Notes: generated from the letters alone by a model not told the origin. A stretch of 63,995 nucleotides of DNA, filler included, from Sanchytrium tribonematis (GCA_018985235.1; 8 parts of 8 records of this genome joined end to end with filler, not necessarily neighbours in it); one strand, 5' to 3'. Shown: positions 30,758 to 43,049, numbered from the whole stretch's first letter. Made by a program: numbers and translations.

Positions 30758-32684
30758 ATGGAAACTAAAAAGGACATCGATATTGAAATTGGCCAACGTG
30801 TTACGGTCCAAATATCATCTGGAACCGCCGCCGGAATTATTGCTTACTATGGCGAAACATCATTTAAACCAGGCATTCAATGGGTTGGTTTGATTTTGGA
30901 TGATCCGATAGGTAGAAACAATGGGACAGTTGACGGAACAAAATACTTTGAGTGTGCTCCGAATCACGGTGTATTTGTTCCAGTTTCTAAAATCACACAA
31001 AAAAAAATCTCTCTTGATTCTAAAAGAAAGTCATTTATGAGTAGAGGACAGCTAGAGAGCCAAATTTTGAAGCTTCAAGAGGACTTGGATAACGCCTTAT
31101 CTTCTATTGATGATTATAGAAACTCGACAGGAACAGGGCCTGAGTCATCAGATGCTTCAATGGTAATAATTTTGCAAGATAAATTGCACTCCTCGAACGA
31201 AGAAAAGTCAAAATTGCTTGAAGAATTAGCGGATTTAAAGCTTCAGTTGTCTAAGACCTCAAAAGCTAGATCCGAGTCTGGATTCGAAGAAATTATTGCG
31301 CAAAAGTCAAAGGAAGTCATGGATTTGAGATCAGATATATCGAAGTTGAAGAATAATCACAAGGAAGAAGTTTCCTCTTTGAATGAACAGGTAGAAAATT
31401 TAAAAAAATTCATTGATGAGGTTTTGATCAAAGAAGCTGAAGCTAAAAATCAACTTGCCCAAGAAGTAGAGCAGTACAAGCTATTATTAGAATCAACACA
31501 AGCAGACCATTATCTGAAATCGAAAGATGTAAATGCTTCAAACAATAAGGATCAATCATTACTTGGAGCTGTGACTAGCACTCGAATCCAAAATACAACG
31601 GAAGCGGAACTTTCAAGTAAAAGTGTAAAAGTCACTGAAACAGCTGCATTATTGACAAATACTGTAATTGAAATTCAAGAAAACACCAATGATATTGCGA
31701 AAGAGTCCAATATCGAGCAATCTATCTTTGAGGAATCCAAGACACGCGAATTTACATTTGAATCAAATGATAGTCAATTAAAAATTGAGGAAACTCAAAT
31801 TTTGAAAGAAAACCATAATTTGGAAGTGGACGTGTCAACCACTGCTAATGGAACCGAAATCGATACTTCAAGCAAGGATGTAGTGTGGGAGAGTGTGAGA
31901 GATGTTGCTAATAACGAATCAAAAGCACCCGAAAATCTTCAACCCCCGTATTCTGACAATCTGGAGCCAGTAGACCATGATTCCAAATCCGTGTCCGAAA
32001 TATCTCACGAGGAACTTTTAGAAGACGCCTCGCTGATTGCTGAGAACATCAAAGTTTTAGAATCTATCGTATTTAAAGAAGGGGATGCAAATACTGACCC
32101 AAAGGTCAAATCAAGCTCTGATGCTGAAGTAAAAGAGATGATTTCAGTCGATCAGCATGAAGAGTTCCAGGATTTTGGAAACCTACAGGAACCTGCAAAT
32201 AGATTGGTTGAAAATGAAACTAAAGTGAAAGATTCTTCACATGACCTAAGACAGAGTGAGGCTATTGAATCAATTGTTGAGCCAATATCGGAAACAAATG
32301 TAATTGAGGCAGTTGTTGATTCTGTTTCTGAAGAAAAGAAAACTGAGTCAGTTGTTGAGTCAGCAGCTGAAGAAAAGAAGACTGAGATAGTAGTTGAGTC
32401 TGTTTTTGAAGAAAAGAAAATTGAATCATTTGTTGAGCCTGTATTAGCAGAAAAGGAAATTAAATCGGTTGTTGAGTCTGTTGCTGAAGAAATTGAAACT
32501 GAGACAGTTGTTGATCCTATTGTTGAAGAAAAGAAAACTGAGCTAGTTCTCGAGCCAGTATTAACAGAAAAGCTGAGTGAGTCAGTTGCCGAGCCAGTAT
32601 TAGCAGAAAAGGAAAATGAGATAGTGGTCGAGCCAGTATTAGCAGAAAAGGAAATCGAATCAATTGTAGAGCCTGCTGTTGAAG
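30758..32684 (+). CDS. CAP-Gly domain protein with coiled coil and acidic repeat tail, 3'-partial
   Basis: YYGETSFKPGIQWVGLILDDPIGRNNGTVDGTKYFEC..NHGVFV; 13-aa VVEPVLAEKEIES repeats from about 32260. Confidence 0.85.
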
Positions 32685-32784
32685 NNNNNNNNNNNNNNNN
32701 NNNNNNNNNNNNNNNNNNNNNNNNNNNNTTAATTAATTAANNNNNNNNNNNNNNNNNNNNNNNNNNNNNNNNNNNNNNNNNNNN

Positions 32785-35700
32785 GGGTGTGAATTTGTCC
32801 ACGTTTATTATAAAAGAGAGGGAAGATGGATCCATAAGCAAGGATATTGAAGGATATTAAAAAGCAAGTGAAATAAATTAAAATCCATTCATTTAATTTT
32901 TGCACGTTATCAAATACCGCCTTGTTTTTCTGTCCTATTCTCTGATTTGGTGTGTATTCCACATTCTTGTTGGATACTTTTAATTACTTTTAATTGAGAG
33001 ACAGAGTTTGATTTGATTCCACAATTGTGGAATAATTGAATAAACATTAAATCCTTTGGTAATTCTTAGAAGCGAATGAACGGTACTACCACCAATTAGA
33101 TGGGCGGCAACCCCAGTAGATGCAGTAAGTTTGCGAACCTTGCCTTGAGTATGTAATGCATATGACAGTGTACGTAACAAATAGGTTTTGCCAGTTCCAG
33201 GACCACCTGTCACCAAATGAAATCTATTATCACTGTTCATGATATTATACACACATTTATTAAGATCCGTCATTGAGGAGTAAAATTGTTGTAATGTGAG
33301 ATTATACAGTATTTATCACCTGCCCATTCAGTGTAGTAAGGAAACAAGCGAACAACTAGTTCTGTATTACACTTTTGCCATCGCTGACCGTCATAATCCA
33401 AAAGTACGGTACCGCGATAGCTTCTAGGCTCTTTTTTTGTTGTTGAAAATATTTAATAATGGTTAAATTTTCTTATGAGTTATGCCTTTTACAGTATAGA
33501 TCAACCGCATTGTCATAATATATATCTTCATCTTCGTCATTAAGTGCTGCTATTCTATTTACTGGTTGAAACTTTCGTTGCTCTAGTAGTGTATAGCACA
33601 ATTGAACTAAACTGTGCAATGTTGTTGCCCATAGTGTAATGACTTACCTCATGCGTAGAAATATTTCGATACGTCAAATATCGTCTTGCATAATTAGTTT
33701 CATCGATGCCTACGAAAAAAGGCTCATCTTTTGTCATATATTTGGAAATATAAAATGCCACGTTTTCTGTAGTAGCCAATTTTACATCCATATTACCTCT
33801 CCAAGCTTTTAAAAATGCTGGGTGATAGTTATTTATCATGACTTCGTTAGTAGATCGAGCAATTACAAAAACATCGTTTTCGGCATCATATTGTCATAAA
33901 GTACTAACTGGTTAAGGAAAATGAAATCTACAAGTTCCATTACATAAGCGGTAGTTTGTAGAGCATGAATGAGTTTGATATTTTTTAACAAGCCAAAACT
34001 ATTCCGGATCTTCATTTACATCTGGAATAGATGCTTTTACGCCTGGCAACAAAGATATTAAATCAAAATTGTTAAGCCACAATAACAAATGAACATGAAC
34101 AGTTCCTCTTTGCTGAAACTCAAATCTTCGAAAAAAGTGTGTAACATCATACCCTAAATACCCATTGTCTTTAATGTATTTGCACATTGCTTGTAATCTT
34201 TCATAACAAAATGATTTGTTAACCAAGGATTTTGAATGTGTGTTGGTAATGCATTATTGTCTTCTATAGTACCAACTCAAAGAAAGCCAATTGGATTCAT
34301 CGCAACTAAATGTTAAATACAATCTTGGCAATCCAATTGTTTTAATAAAAGCAAAAATGTTTCCTTTTATTTTCCTCATATATTGTGATCCACCTCTGAT
34401 AGTTACCGGGATATATGATGTTACATCGTCATCATAAATAGTTTCATCGTTATAATTAGACCGTTGTAGAACTGCTCTTGCATTAATTGCCCCTCTGTGT
34501 TTATTTCTAGTTATCCGCCTATGATTATATGCAATTTTGGTATACTCTTGAATATCAAAATGATAAAAAATCCAACTCCATTCATTTCGAAACCGCGGAT
34601 CTTCATGAAAGCATAAATTTTTTATTTTAGTAGAGTGTTTTCCGTCAATTGGAAAATTAAATTAACAGCCTACTGGAAACAAATAAGGATAAAGTCCGCT
34701 TTCTAACTCACTATATTCAAAACTTCGAACATCTGACCCATGTTCAGTCATAATTTCACCGATAGGTAATACCCCAAATTGCGCATGTTGAGTAGAATAT
34801 TGAGATTGATCGAGATTTGAGGGTCTTTTAAAGGCGGAATTATAACCGTTATTTTCATCAATATGTTTAATAGCTTATGTAATCCAATTTTGTAGCAGGT
34901 CTACTGTTACATGGCTATAAAAAGAGTTATTACTCATCAAACATCGAAGGGCTTCAAATACATTTTCTGTTAAATTGAACATTCGACTATTATAATCATT
35001 ATTAAATCCTATAAGTCCTGCTAAATCAGACCATGCATTTTGATCTAAAGACAAGCCCGGTCGACCCCGATATCTCATATATTGTCTAAAATCTGGTCTT
35101 TTCCCATAACAGAAAATTTGAACAATCCTTAAGGAATATTTCTCTACTCAAGTTGATCTGGAAATACATTCAGGTATATCTTGGAGTACTTTGTATGCCT
35201 CTGCACTACAATCAGTTTTACAAATTTTTCGATTTCTGCTATGAGGATTTATTTTTAAAGCGTCTCTTTTGAAGTATATGTGACACTTTTCACACAAGCA
35301 ATTTCGCAACGACATGTATTTTCCCAATAGATCAAGTAAAACATATTTAGTTCCTTCATTTGTCTGAAAGCATTTCAAAAAACATAATTTTTCTGTATCT
35401 TTCCCCAGTGAATCTTCTGAGATTGTTAAATAGATCTTGTGTAATTTCTAAATTATAAAAAGTCCAATTTTCATTTTGTGTACATTCTAAAAAACTATCT
35501 AATGTATCTCTGACATTGTTTGAGGGTGTTCTATAAGAATCTAATAGTTTATTTATACACTGCATATTTCTGTTGCAAAAAGCAGAAAGTAAATTTGTAT
35601 GATGCTCTCTTAGAGAAACATCATATTCTAATAGATCTTCAAAATTAAGACTACTCTGCTCCAGAAATCGATCGATACTACCCAACATAAACCTTTCAAT

Positions 35701-35790
35701 AACTTCTAAGGTTGTGTTACTTAATTGTAATAAAAGAAATAATATATCATCTTCAATATTAGAAGCTCTTTCTAGTCCAATTTGTCTCAT
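32785..35790 (-). mobile_element. Degenerate Helitron/Helentron-type rolling-circle transposon (Rep-helicase pseudogene)
   Basis: GLPRLYLTFSC, FEFQQRGTVHVHLLLW (HUH), NNYHPAFLKAWRGNMD..YISKYMTK, TGGPGTGKT, ASTGVAAHLIGGSTVHSLL (PIF1); many stops and frameshifts. Confidence 0.85.
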
Positions 35791-36133
35791 AATGATCCAA
35801 AGTAAGTCAAAAGTAAATAAAAACGTATTTGATGATCAGCATCAAATGATCAAAGATGACATGTAGCCTTCATGACGTATTCAAAACGTCGATAGTTATA
35901 AACATTATTTTAACTTTTTTTATGAATGTAAAGCTTCTTTTAAGTCTGGTTAATATTAGATCGGCGATATAGTGCTGATCATTTCAAATTACTACCAGAT
36001 GACTGCCATATTTTGAGCATAATATTTAACTCCTTTAGACAAACCTTAGATATGCGAAATGGCTTTTGAAGGAATTTTTGGAATATTTTTGGTGCTCGCT
36101 TTACTTTGAGGTCTGAGTAGTGGTTTACAAAGA

Positions 36134-36279
36134 TGTGATGTTGGGATTGATTTGGTTGCAACTCATTTGCATCATTTGAGATTACGTGATGATAAAGAGA
36201 TCTTATTGGACCATCCACGTGTATTTGACTTGGAAAAAAAAGAAGAATAAATAAATAAGTGTGATAAAATGTCATTAAA
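36134..36279 (+). repeat. 5' LTR (146 bp)
   Basis: Direct repeat of 39861-40006 with one A/G difference seen. Confidence 0.93.
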
Positions 36280-38788
36280 TACTATTTCGGAAACGTTTCC
36301 ATTCTCTCAGTTTGATCCAGAATTAGTGGATTTTGAGGACTGGGAAGCGGGATTGTCTAGTTTGTTTGTTACTGAACAATCACGAATTACGACATTGTTA
36401 CACTATTTGCCGAATGAAATTAGATACGAGACAATACGAGAGGCTAAAAAGCCATTGAAGTATGAAAATCTGGTATTTGTATTAAAAAGTAGCTATAAAA
36501 AGAAATTGACCTTGAAGGAATTCTATGGAATGAAACAGGAACAAAATGAAGCATCTGATCTGTATTTGAAAAGAATGGAGGCCAATGGTCGTCTTTTAAA
36601 ATTAGGTACAAATGATGTTTTAGAGCAGACCGTTGATGGTTTGAAGCCATCATTCAAGAAATTTATTGTTGGAAACATCTATAATGATTTTAAAGAATTG
36701 AAGAATGTTGTGGCTAGTTGTGAGAGATTTGAGCAGGGAAATCCCAGGTATTTGAAACCCAAGCAGGATTTACCGACCTGTTTTGCTTGTGGATCCAATC
36801 ATAAACATGATTGGAACATTTGCAAGAAAGAAAGAGAGGGAAAACCAGTGATTAATTTCATTAAAATGTTCAATCAAGTCCCAGTTGATCAACATCATGT
36901 TGTTGAAATGAATAAGCAGCCAATCAAGGCAATTTTAGATACTGGAGCTGATGCAAGTGTTGTTAGTCAATCCATGGTTGATTTATTAAAATTGGAACTA
37001 AAACATAGTAATTGCCAAATTATTGGTGGTGGAGAACCAAATAATTGTTTGGGGACTGCATTAGTTGATTTAAATATTCATGGGAATTCTTTTCCCCAGC
37101 ACCCTTTTTTAGTGTTAAATAGTCATTATCCATCCCATCCTATCATTGGTAGAGACGTCTTGAAGGATAAGATGAATTGCAGTCTAGTTTGGAATTTGAA
37201 GAAAGCATCACCAAAAATTCCCAGCAAGATCACATTGAATGACTTTTATCAGCTCATTGACAAGTATTCTCACGATGACACACGACCAGCTGATGTCCCA
37301 CTAGCCAGAATTGAGTTGGTTGATGGAGCAGATATTTCTAAACTACGCCAATTACCCTACAAATGCAACAATGTGGGCGTATTGAATGCCAAAGTAGATG
37401 ATTTACTAAATAGAAATATCATGTATCATGGAATAAGTGAGATTTGTTCTCCTATGTTTTTAGTTGCCAAAGGAAATGGGGATTGGAGATGTGTATCTGA
37501 CTACCGCAGAGTCAATATGGCCACCAAACACGTGGGGTATCCCGTGCCACTGCTTTTAGACCAGTTGCAGCTATTTGAGGGATTTGAGTGGTTTTCTAAA
37601 GTTGATCAGAAGGATTCTTTCTTTAATATTGGTGTTGATAAAGAGACAGGTGAATTGATTAGTGTGTGTACTCCCAATGGCCAGTATAATATGCTGCGTC
37701 TTGGACAGGGACTTAAACAGTCTATGGGAATCTTCCAATATTCCAGTACTGAAGCATTCAAGGATATCAAGAACAAGGCTGTTTTTGTTGATGACACTGT
37801 TTTAATGGATAAAACACTAGAGGAGCATTACCAGAATGTGAATCATTTCATTGAAATTGCAACCAAGAAGAATGTAAACATCAATTGGGAGAAATCCAGT
37901 TTGGCTCAGAAATCCGTCATTTTCTGTGGTTTCAAGGTTGATTCTACTGGATATACATGTAAACCTGGCTATTTGATTCAATTGAAAGGAATTAAATCCC
38001 CAGAAAAGAGAAGAGAATGTGCTAGAATTCTCGGGATGTTGAGTTGGGTGCGCGGCTTTGTGATGAATTTCGAAAATGTGATTGCCCCCATTAGAATCTG
38101 CAATGCCAGAAAGCCATTTTACTGGGATGATGAAGCAGAAAAGGCATTAAAATGGGCCATTGATTTATTAGAAAACACCAAGTTGGCATATTTCAAGAAT
38201 GAAATGCCGTACGACATGTATACGGACGCAAGTGGATTTGCGATTGGGTGTACCCTCTATCAAGATGGGAAATTGATTGCATTATTTTCCAAGTCTCTGG
38301 ATAAGAGTGAGAAGCAATACTCAATTCATGAAAAGGAGATGTATGCCATTGAAAAGGGAATATTAAAGTATGGCAAGTACATGGGATCCAATTTAATTAG
38401 AATCCATTGTGATTCAGAGAGTGCTGGTTGGTTTGTAAGGGGATATGGTAGCAAATTGACCAACAAGGTAAAATCCTGGATAGATATTGTCCAGCCATAT
38501 AATATTCAGTATGTACCGATTAAAGGAAAGGCAAATGGCCAAGCAGATCTGTTATCACGATTACCAATGGAGATTAATACTTATCAAACGAGGAGAAAGG
38601 CAAGAAAGTTGGAAAATGATCAATTGGAAGCAAAATTGATTGATGATGATTCGGAATTGTCAAGAAAGCAATCAGTACCAATGGAGACTGCTGAAACCCT
38701 CCAACCAGATGTCACTGCATGCATTTGCAAAGTCAATGTCGAGAGAGATGTGATGGTCCAATGTAGACTGTTATGGATTGATGGATAG
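36269..38788 (+). CDS. Gag-protease-RT-RNase H polyprotein, ending in the first half of a PHD finger
   Basis: CFACGSNHKHDWNIC knuckle, LDTGAD, WRCVSDYR, FVDD, YTDASGFAIG, ADLLSR. Confidence 0.93.
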   Translation: MSLNTISETFPFSQFDPELVDFEDWEAGLSSLFVTEQSRITTLLHYLPNEIRYETIREAKKPLKYENLVFVLKSSYKKKLTLKEFYGMKQEQNEASDLYLKRMEANGRLLKLGTNDVLEQTVDGLKPSFKKFIVGNIYNDFKELKNVVASCERFEQGNPRYLKPKQDLPTCFACGSNHKHDWNICKKEREGKPVINFIKMFNQVPVDQHHVVEMNKQPIKAILDTGADASVVSQSMVDLLKLELKHSNCQIIGGGEPNNCLGTALVDLNIHGNSFPQHPFLVLNSHYPSHPIIGRDVLKDKMNCSLVWNLKKASPKIPSKITLNDFYQLIDKYSHDDTRPADVPLARIELVDGADISKLRQLPYKCNNVGVLNAKVDDLLNRNIMYHGISEICSPMFLVAKGNGDWRCVSDYRRVNMATKHVGYPVPLLLDQLQLFEGFEWFSKVDQKDSFFNIGVDKETGELISVCTPNGQYNMLRLGQGLKQSMGIFQYSSTEAFKDIKNKAVFVDDTVLMDKTLEEHYQNVNHFIEIATKKNVNINWEKSSLAQKSVIFCGFKVDSTGYTCKPGYLIQLKGIKSPEKRRECARILGMLSWVRGFVMNFENVIAPIRICNARKPFYWDDEAEKALKWAIDLLENTKLAYFKNEMPYDMYTDASGFAIGCTLYQDGKLIALFSKSLDKSEKQYSIHEKEMYAIEKGILKYGKYMGSNLIRIHCDSESAGWFVRGYGSKLTNKVKSWIDIVQPYNIQYVPIKGKANGQADLLSRLPMEINTYQTRRKARKLENDQLEAKLIDDDSELSRKQSVPMETAETLQPDVTACICKVNVERDVMVQCRLLWIDG

Positions 38789-39977
38789 TGACTTGGAAGA
38801 TGACTTCACGTGTGCATTTTGCAAGGGGATGATTTCTCATGACGAATTACCTCAAGATGATTTCCACCAGGGAAATGAAGCCAATTTGGAGAATGTAGCA
38901 GGATTATTAAAGGCAGCACACAAGTATCATGCTGCAATAGGGCCCATGCGCCTATTACTATCCAATTATCACTTTAAAAACAAGGATGAAATGATCATTA
39001 ATTTTGTGAAATCCTGTTCGTATTGTAAGGAAAAACGAAAACCCAAGATGACACAAATGAAATTCAGAATGCCAAAGGGTGTAAATGAGATTGTTGGGAT
39101 AGATCTGATGGAAATTGATGAAGGAGATTATAAATATGTAGCAGTGATTCGGGACATGTTCAGTGGATGCACCCATTTACATCCCATGATTAACAAATCT
39201 GCGTATGAATCAACTATTGCATTGATTAAATACTGCTCAAAGTGGGGATTTCCGAGTTTATTAGTGTCAGACGAAGGAAGTGAATTTCTTGGGAAATTTG
39301 ATGAATTTGTAAAATCAGAGCATATTAAGATGAATAAGAGCCACCCAGATGTGAAGAAGGAAAATGGGATTGCCGAGCGTGCTATTCAGACAGTACAGGG
39401 GATGTTAAGAGTGATTAAGAAGGAATATGTGAATGAGACATTTGAATTTCAATTGGCTTTATGTGAGTTATTCTTGAATAATACACCACGTACAAGCACC
39501 ACGTTCTCGCCAATGGAGTTGATGACATTACAGGCAACCAGTATTTTCAATGAGAAGGAGTATCTAACAGATGAAATCAGATTGCATGTTCAACAACAAT
39601 TGAGCAAAATCAAGCAAAGACAGTTGGTGAAGAGAAATGAGAATTTGAGAGAGGATTGTGATTATAAAGTGGGTGATAAAGTGTGGTTCTATCCCAATCT
39701 AAAGTCAAAGAAATTGAGACAGCTCGCATATTTGGGGACAATTGTTAGAGTGATTCGTGATAAACAATTTGAGTTGATTGTGGACGGAGAGGACGAGAAA
39801 ACATTCCGAGCACATTCTGATCAGTTATTAATGTTCGCAAATGAGTTTGCAACAGGGGATTGTGATGTTGGGATTGATTTGGTTGCAACTCATTTGCATC
39901 ATTTGAGATTACGTGATGATAAAGAGATCTTATTGGACCATCCACGTGTATTTGACTTGGAAAAGAAAGAAGAATAA
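38778..39977 (+). CDS. Integrase (frameshifted continuation of pol)
   Basis: HHCC (AHKYH...CSYC), VGIDL, SDEGSEF, NGIAER; YKVGDKVW C-terminal module. Confidence 0.9.
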   Translation: MMDSDLEDDFTCAFCKGMISHDELPQDDFHQGNEANLENVAGLLKAAHKYHAAIGPMRLLLSNYHFKNKDEMIINFVKSCSYCKEKRKPKMTQMKFRMPKGVNEIVGIDLMEIDEGDYKYVAVIRDMFSGCTHLHPMINKSAYESTIALIKYCSKWGFPSLLVSDEGSEFLGKFDEFVKSEHIKMNKSHPDVKKENGIAERAIQTVQGMLRVIKKEYVNETFEFQLALCELFLNNTPRTSTTFSPMELMTLQATSIFNEKEYLTDEIRLHVQQQLSKIKQRQLVKRNENLREDCDYKVGDKVWFYPNLKSKKLRQLAYLGTIVRVIRDKQFELIVDGEDEKTFRAHSDQLLMFANEFATGDCDVGIDLVATHLHHLRLRDDKEILLDHPRVFDLEKKEE

Positions 39978-40006
39978 ATAAATAAGTGTGATAAAATGTC
40001 ATTAAA
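39861..40006 (+). repeat. 3' LTR (146 bp)
   Basis: See 5' LTR. Confidence 0.93.
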
Positions 40007-40579
40007 AAAGAAAGCATGGTTAAGGTGATTATGGATTTATTAAATGATGTTATGCGATCATATTTGATGGTGTCAATGATTAATGTAAGTACTGCTTTTT
40101 CATAGTATTGAAAAAAAACATTGTATATCTACTTCATTTACCAAATCAAATAACCAAAGCTTGTGGTGTGGTTGATTTTCGTGATTAACAATGTTAACAA
40201 TTATGTAAAATCTTTCATCAATTTCAGACAATTCCAAATGCTCGAATCGCATTCCCAATACTTTTTCTGATATTATTAAACAGTTAAATGAGAGTGCATA
40301 ATAAATTAAATGTATATTTTAATAAAAATGGAGCATTTCATTTTGTAAAAAAAGAAAACATATATTTTAAATCATCCAGAAGTGATGATTCATAATTATT
40401 TATGAAATGGGGTGAATGCTGCTCAAACTCGGTCTTAAAACCAGTAATTGAATCATTAATAAAAGTGTGTAGTGCTTGATTTCCCGTTCAAATGCAATTT
40501 TCATTTATTGTGCACTCATCGCCATTACCCAATGTTCTATAATAGCTGAAAATACTACTTCTCTATGATTTAAGTGTGC

Positions 40580-40810
40580 TGAGTTTTGACAAATTTTTAA
40601 TTGATGGAAAGTTAAGGGAACAGCAAGCTGCTGTTCTGCTCTCCCAGAATTTTTAAATTAAAAATTAAGCTTGATTCTATTAGTGATGTGACAATTGCCA
40701 ATGAACATTCGTTTTCAGTTGCAACTTATATCATAAACAAGTACAGCAACAGATTATCAAATGACATATTTAAGTTAAAAATGATGTATAAGGTTAACAA
40801 GCTAGTGAGT
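40580..40810 (+). pseudogene. hAT transposase C-terminal dimerisation-domain remnant
   Basis: IANEHSFSVATYIINKYSNRLSNDIFKLKMMYKVN resembles the hAT S.ER.FS.....R.RL motif. Confidence 0.5.
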
Positions 40811-40944
40811 GAGAAAAAAAAAATTATATGGATTTTAAAAATTCNNNNNNNNNNNNNNNNNNNNNNNNNNNNNNNNNNNNNNNNNNNNTTAATTAATTAA
40901 NNNNNNNNNNNNNNNNNNNNNNNNNNNNNNNNNNNNNNNNNNNN

Positions 40945-43032
40945 CATGGTGGGCGTCTTGGATAAACGTAGATCTTTTAGATGTCAATTCTCTAATTATT
41001 TGTTATTGGCTGCGTCTATCGTGCTTGTGAGCATTATTGGATTTAAATTCTTGGCTGCATTACAATTAGGCAGCAGAAGAGAACCAGAAGAACATGATAA
41101 ATTTGTGATTTTACAAATGCCATGTTACACAGAAGGAGAAGAGAATTTAAAAAGGACGATTGAATCCCTAGCTGCTTTGAGATATGACGATAAACGTAAA
41201 TTGTTATTTCTCATGTGTGATGGCATGATTGTGGGTAGCGGCAATGACAGACCCACCCCGCGCATTGTTTTGGATATTTTAGGTGTAGATCCCAATTTGG
41301 ATCCAGAACCCCTTTCTTTTCAAAGTATTGGTGAAGGCATGAAGCAGCACAATATGGGTAAAGTTTATACTGGATTATACGAAGTGCAAGGCCATTTAGT
41401 CCCATTTATCGTGATTGTCAAGATTGGTAAACCAGATGAAAGAATGAAACCAGGAAATAGAGGTAAACGTGACTCGCAAATGATTTTAATGCGATTTCTC
41501 AACAAGGTGTATTACGACACGCCAATGAGTCCATTAGAATTAGAAATGTATCACCAAATCAAGAATGTGATTGGTGTTTCACCCTCATTTTATGAATATG
41601 TGCTCATGATTGATGCAGATACGATTGCGATTAATGAATCACTGAATAGAATGATTTCTGCCATGATTCATGATACGAAAATAGCAGGATTATGCGGAGA
41701 AACCAAATTATCCAATGAGAAACAATCTTGGGCCACCATGATTCAGGTGTATGAATATTACATTTCTCATCACATGGCCAAGGCATTTGAGTCATTATTT
41801 GGATCTGTGACGTGTTTACCAGGTTGTTTCTGCATGTACAGATTGCGCAGTCCATTAAAGAATTCTCCCTTGTTAATTGCCAATCAAATCATCAAGGATT
41901 ACGGGGATTGCAACGTGGATACACTGCATAAAAAGAATTTATTGAGTTTGGGAGAAGACAGATATTTGACCACAATCATGTTGAAACATTTCCCATATCA
42001 TAAAATGGTATTTATTCAAGATGCACATTGTACGACGTATGCACCAGATCGATGGAGTGTTTTATTGTCACAACGACGTAGATGGATTAATTCTACTGTC
42101 CATAATTTGGCAGAATTGGTGAATTTGCCTCAATTGTGTGGATTCTGTTGTTTCAGTATGCGATTTGTGGTATTTATTGATTTATTTGCCACTTTGGTGC
42201 AACCTGCTGCTGTCTGTTACTTGGTGTACTTGTTATATGTCGTGATTGATGCACAAATCAAGGGCATCGCATCCCCAGTCCCATTGATCTCATTGGTGTT
42301 ATTGGGTGCTATTTATGGATTACAAGCATTAATCTTCATTATTAAACGAGAATGGCAGCATCTGGGATGGATGATTGTCTATATTTTAGCCATTCCCATT
42401 TTCTCATTCTTTCTGCCATTATACAGTTTTTGGCATTTTGATGATTTTACATGGGGATCTACTAGAATTGTTGTTGGTGAAGGAGGCAAGAAACAGATTT
42501 ATACACAAGATGTTGAGAAGTTTAATTTAGATGATATTCCACATAAACGATTTAGGTAAATTGTAATTGATTTAGTGAATATGAGCAAGAATTGTGGGAA
42601 TTAGAGAGTAGTCAACAGGGTAAATCAGAGATTAGTAATGAATTTACAGAGAATCGACGTCATTCTATGCTGAGTGGGTTACAGAATAGTGCTTTGAATC
42701 AATCTGGCATCCAATCTGGCATCCAATCTGGAATGCACTCTGGAATGAGCCATACAGGCATGATTCACAATGCTGGACCCGTCAATCAACAAATGGGTTA
42801 TTCCAATCAAGTGAGTGGGTTATCGAGTGCGCCATCTCAAGGCTATTTATTTGGAATGATGCCCACTGATAATGAGATTTATATGGAAATAGAACGCATT
42901 ATTAATAGTGCGGATTTAATGACAATTACCAAGAAGCAAGTGAGAGATGAATTAAGTCGACGATTTGGAGTAGATTTGAGTCATAAAAAAGATATGATTA
43001 ATAAGAGTATTGACCAGATTTTAGGAGTTTAA
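40945..43032 (+). CDS. Class V/VII chitin synthase, 5'-partial, with C-terminal DEK-C domain; intron 42556-42575
   Basis: [58 protein letters not shown] (DEK-C). Confidence 0.95.
42556..42575 (+). other. 20-nt intron GTAAATTGTAATTGATTTAG
   Basis: GT-AG; gives [15 protein letters not shown]. Confidence 0.92.
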
Positions 43033-43049
43033 TAAATATATATGGAATT

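Larger units (their letters stand above)
36134..40006 (+). mobile_element. Ty3/gypsy LTR retrotransposon, full length, 5-bp TSD AAAGA
   Basis: Two 146-bp LTRs; AAAGA at 36129-36133 and 40007-40011; gag-PR-RT-RH-INT order; purine-rich AACAGGGGAT before the 3' LTR. Confidence 0.95.

Noticed and set aside
35827..35847. 8-bp stem hairpin ATTTGATG-N5-CATCAAAT upstream of the Helitron ORFs
   Set aside because: Could be a terminal structure, but it is too short and AT-rich to support without other copies
38760..38790. Gypsy frameshift as another micro-intron or a programmed frameshift
   Set aside because: No GT...TNATDTAG of 19-20 nt and no slippery site; PHD residues are missing, which points to a deletion
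35979..40017. Two similar minus-strand ORFs (35979-36275 and 39745-40017)
   Set aside because: They are the antisense reading of the two LTR copies
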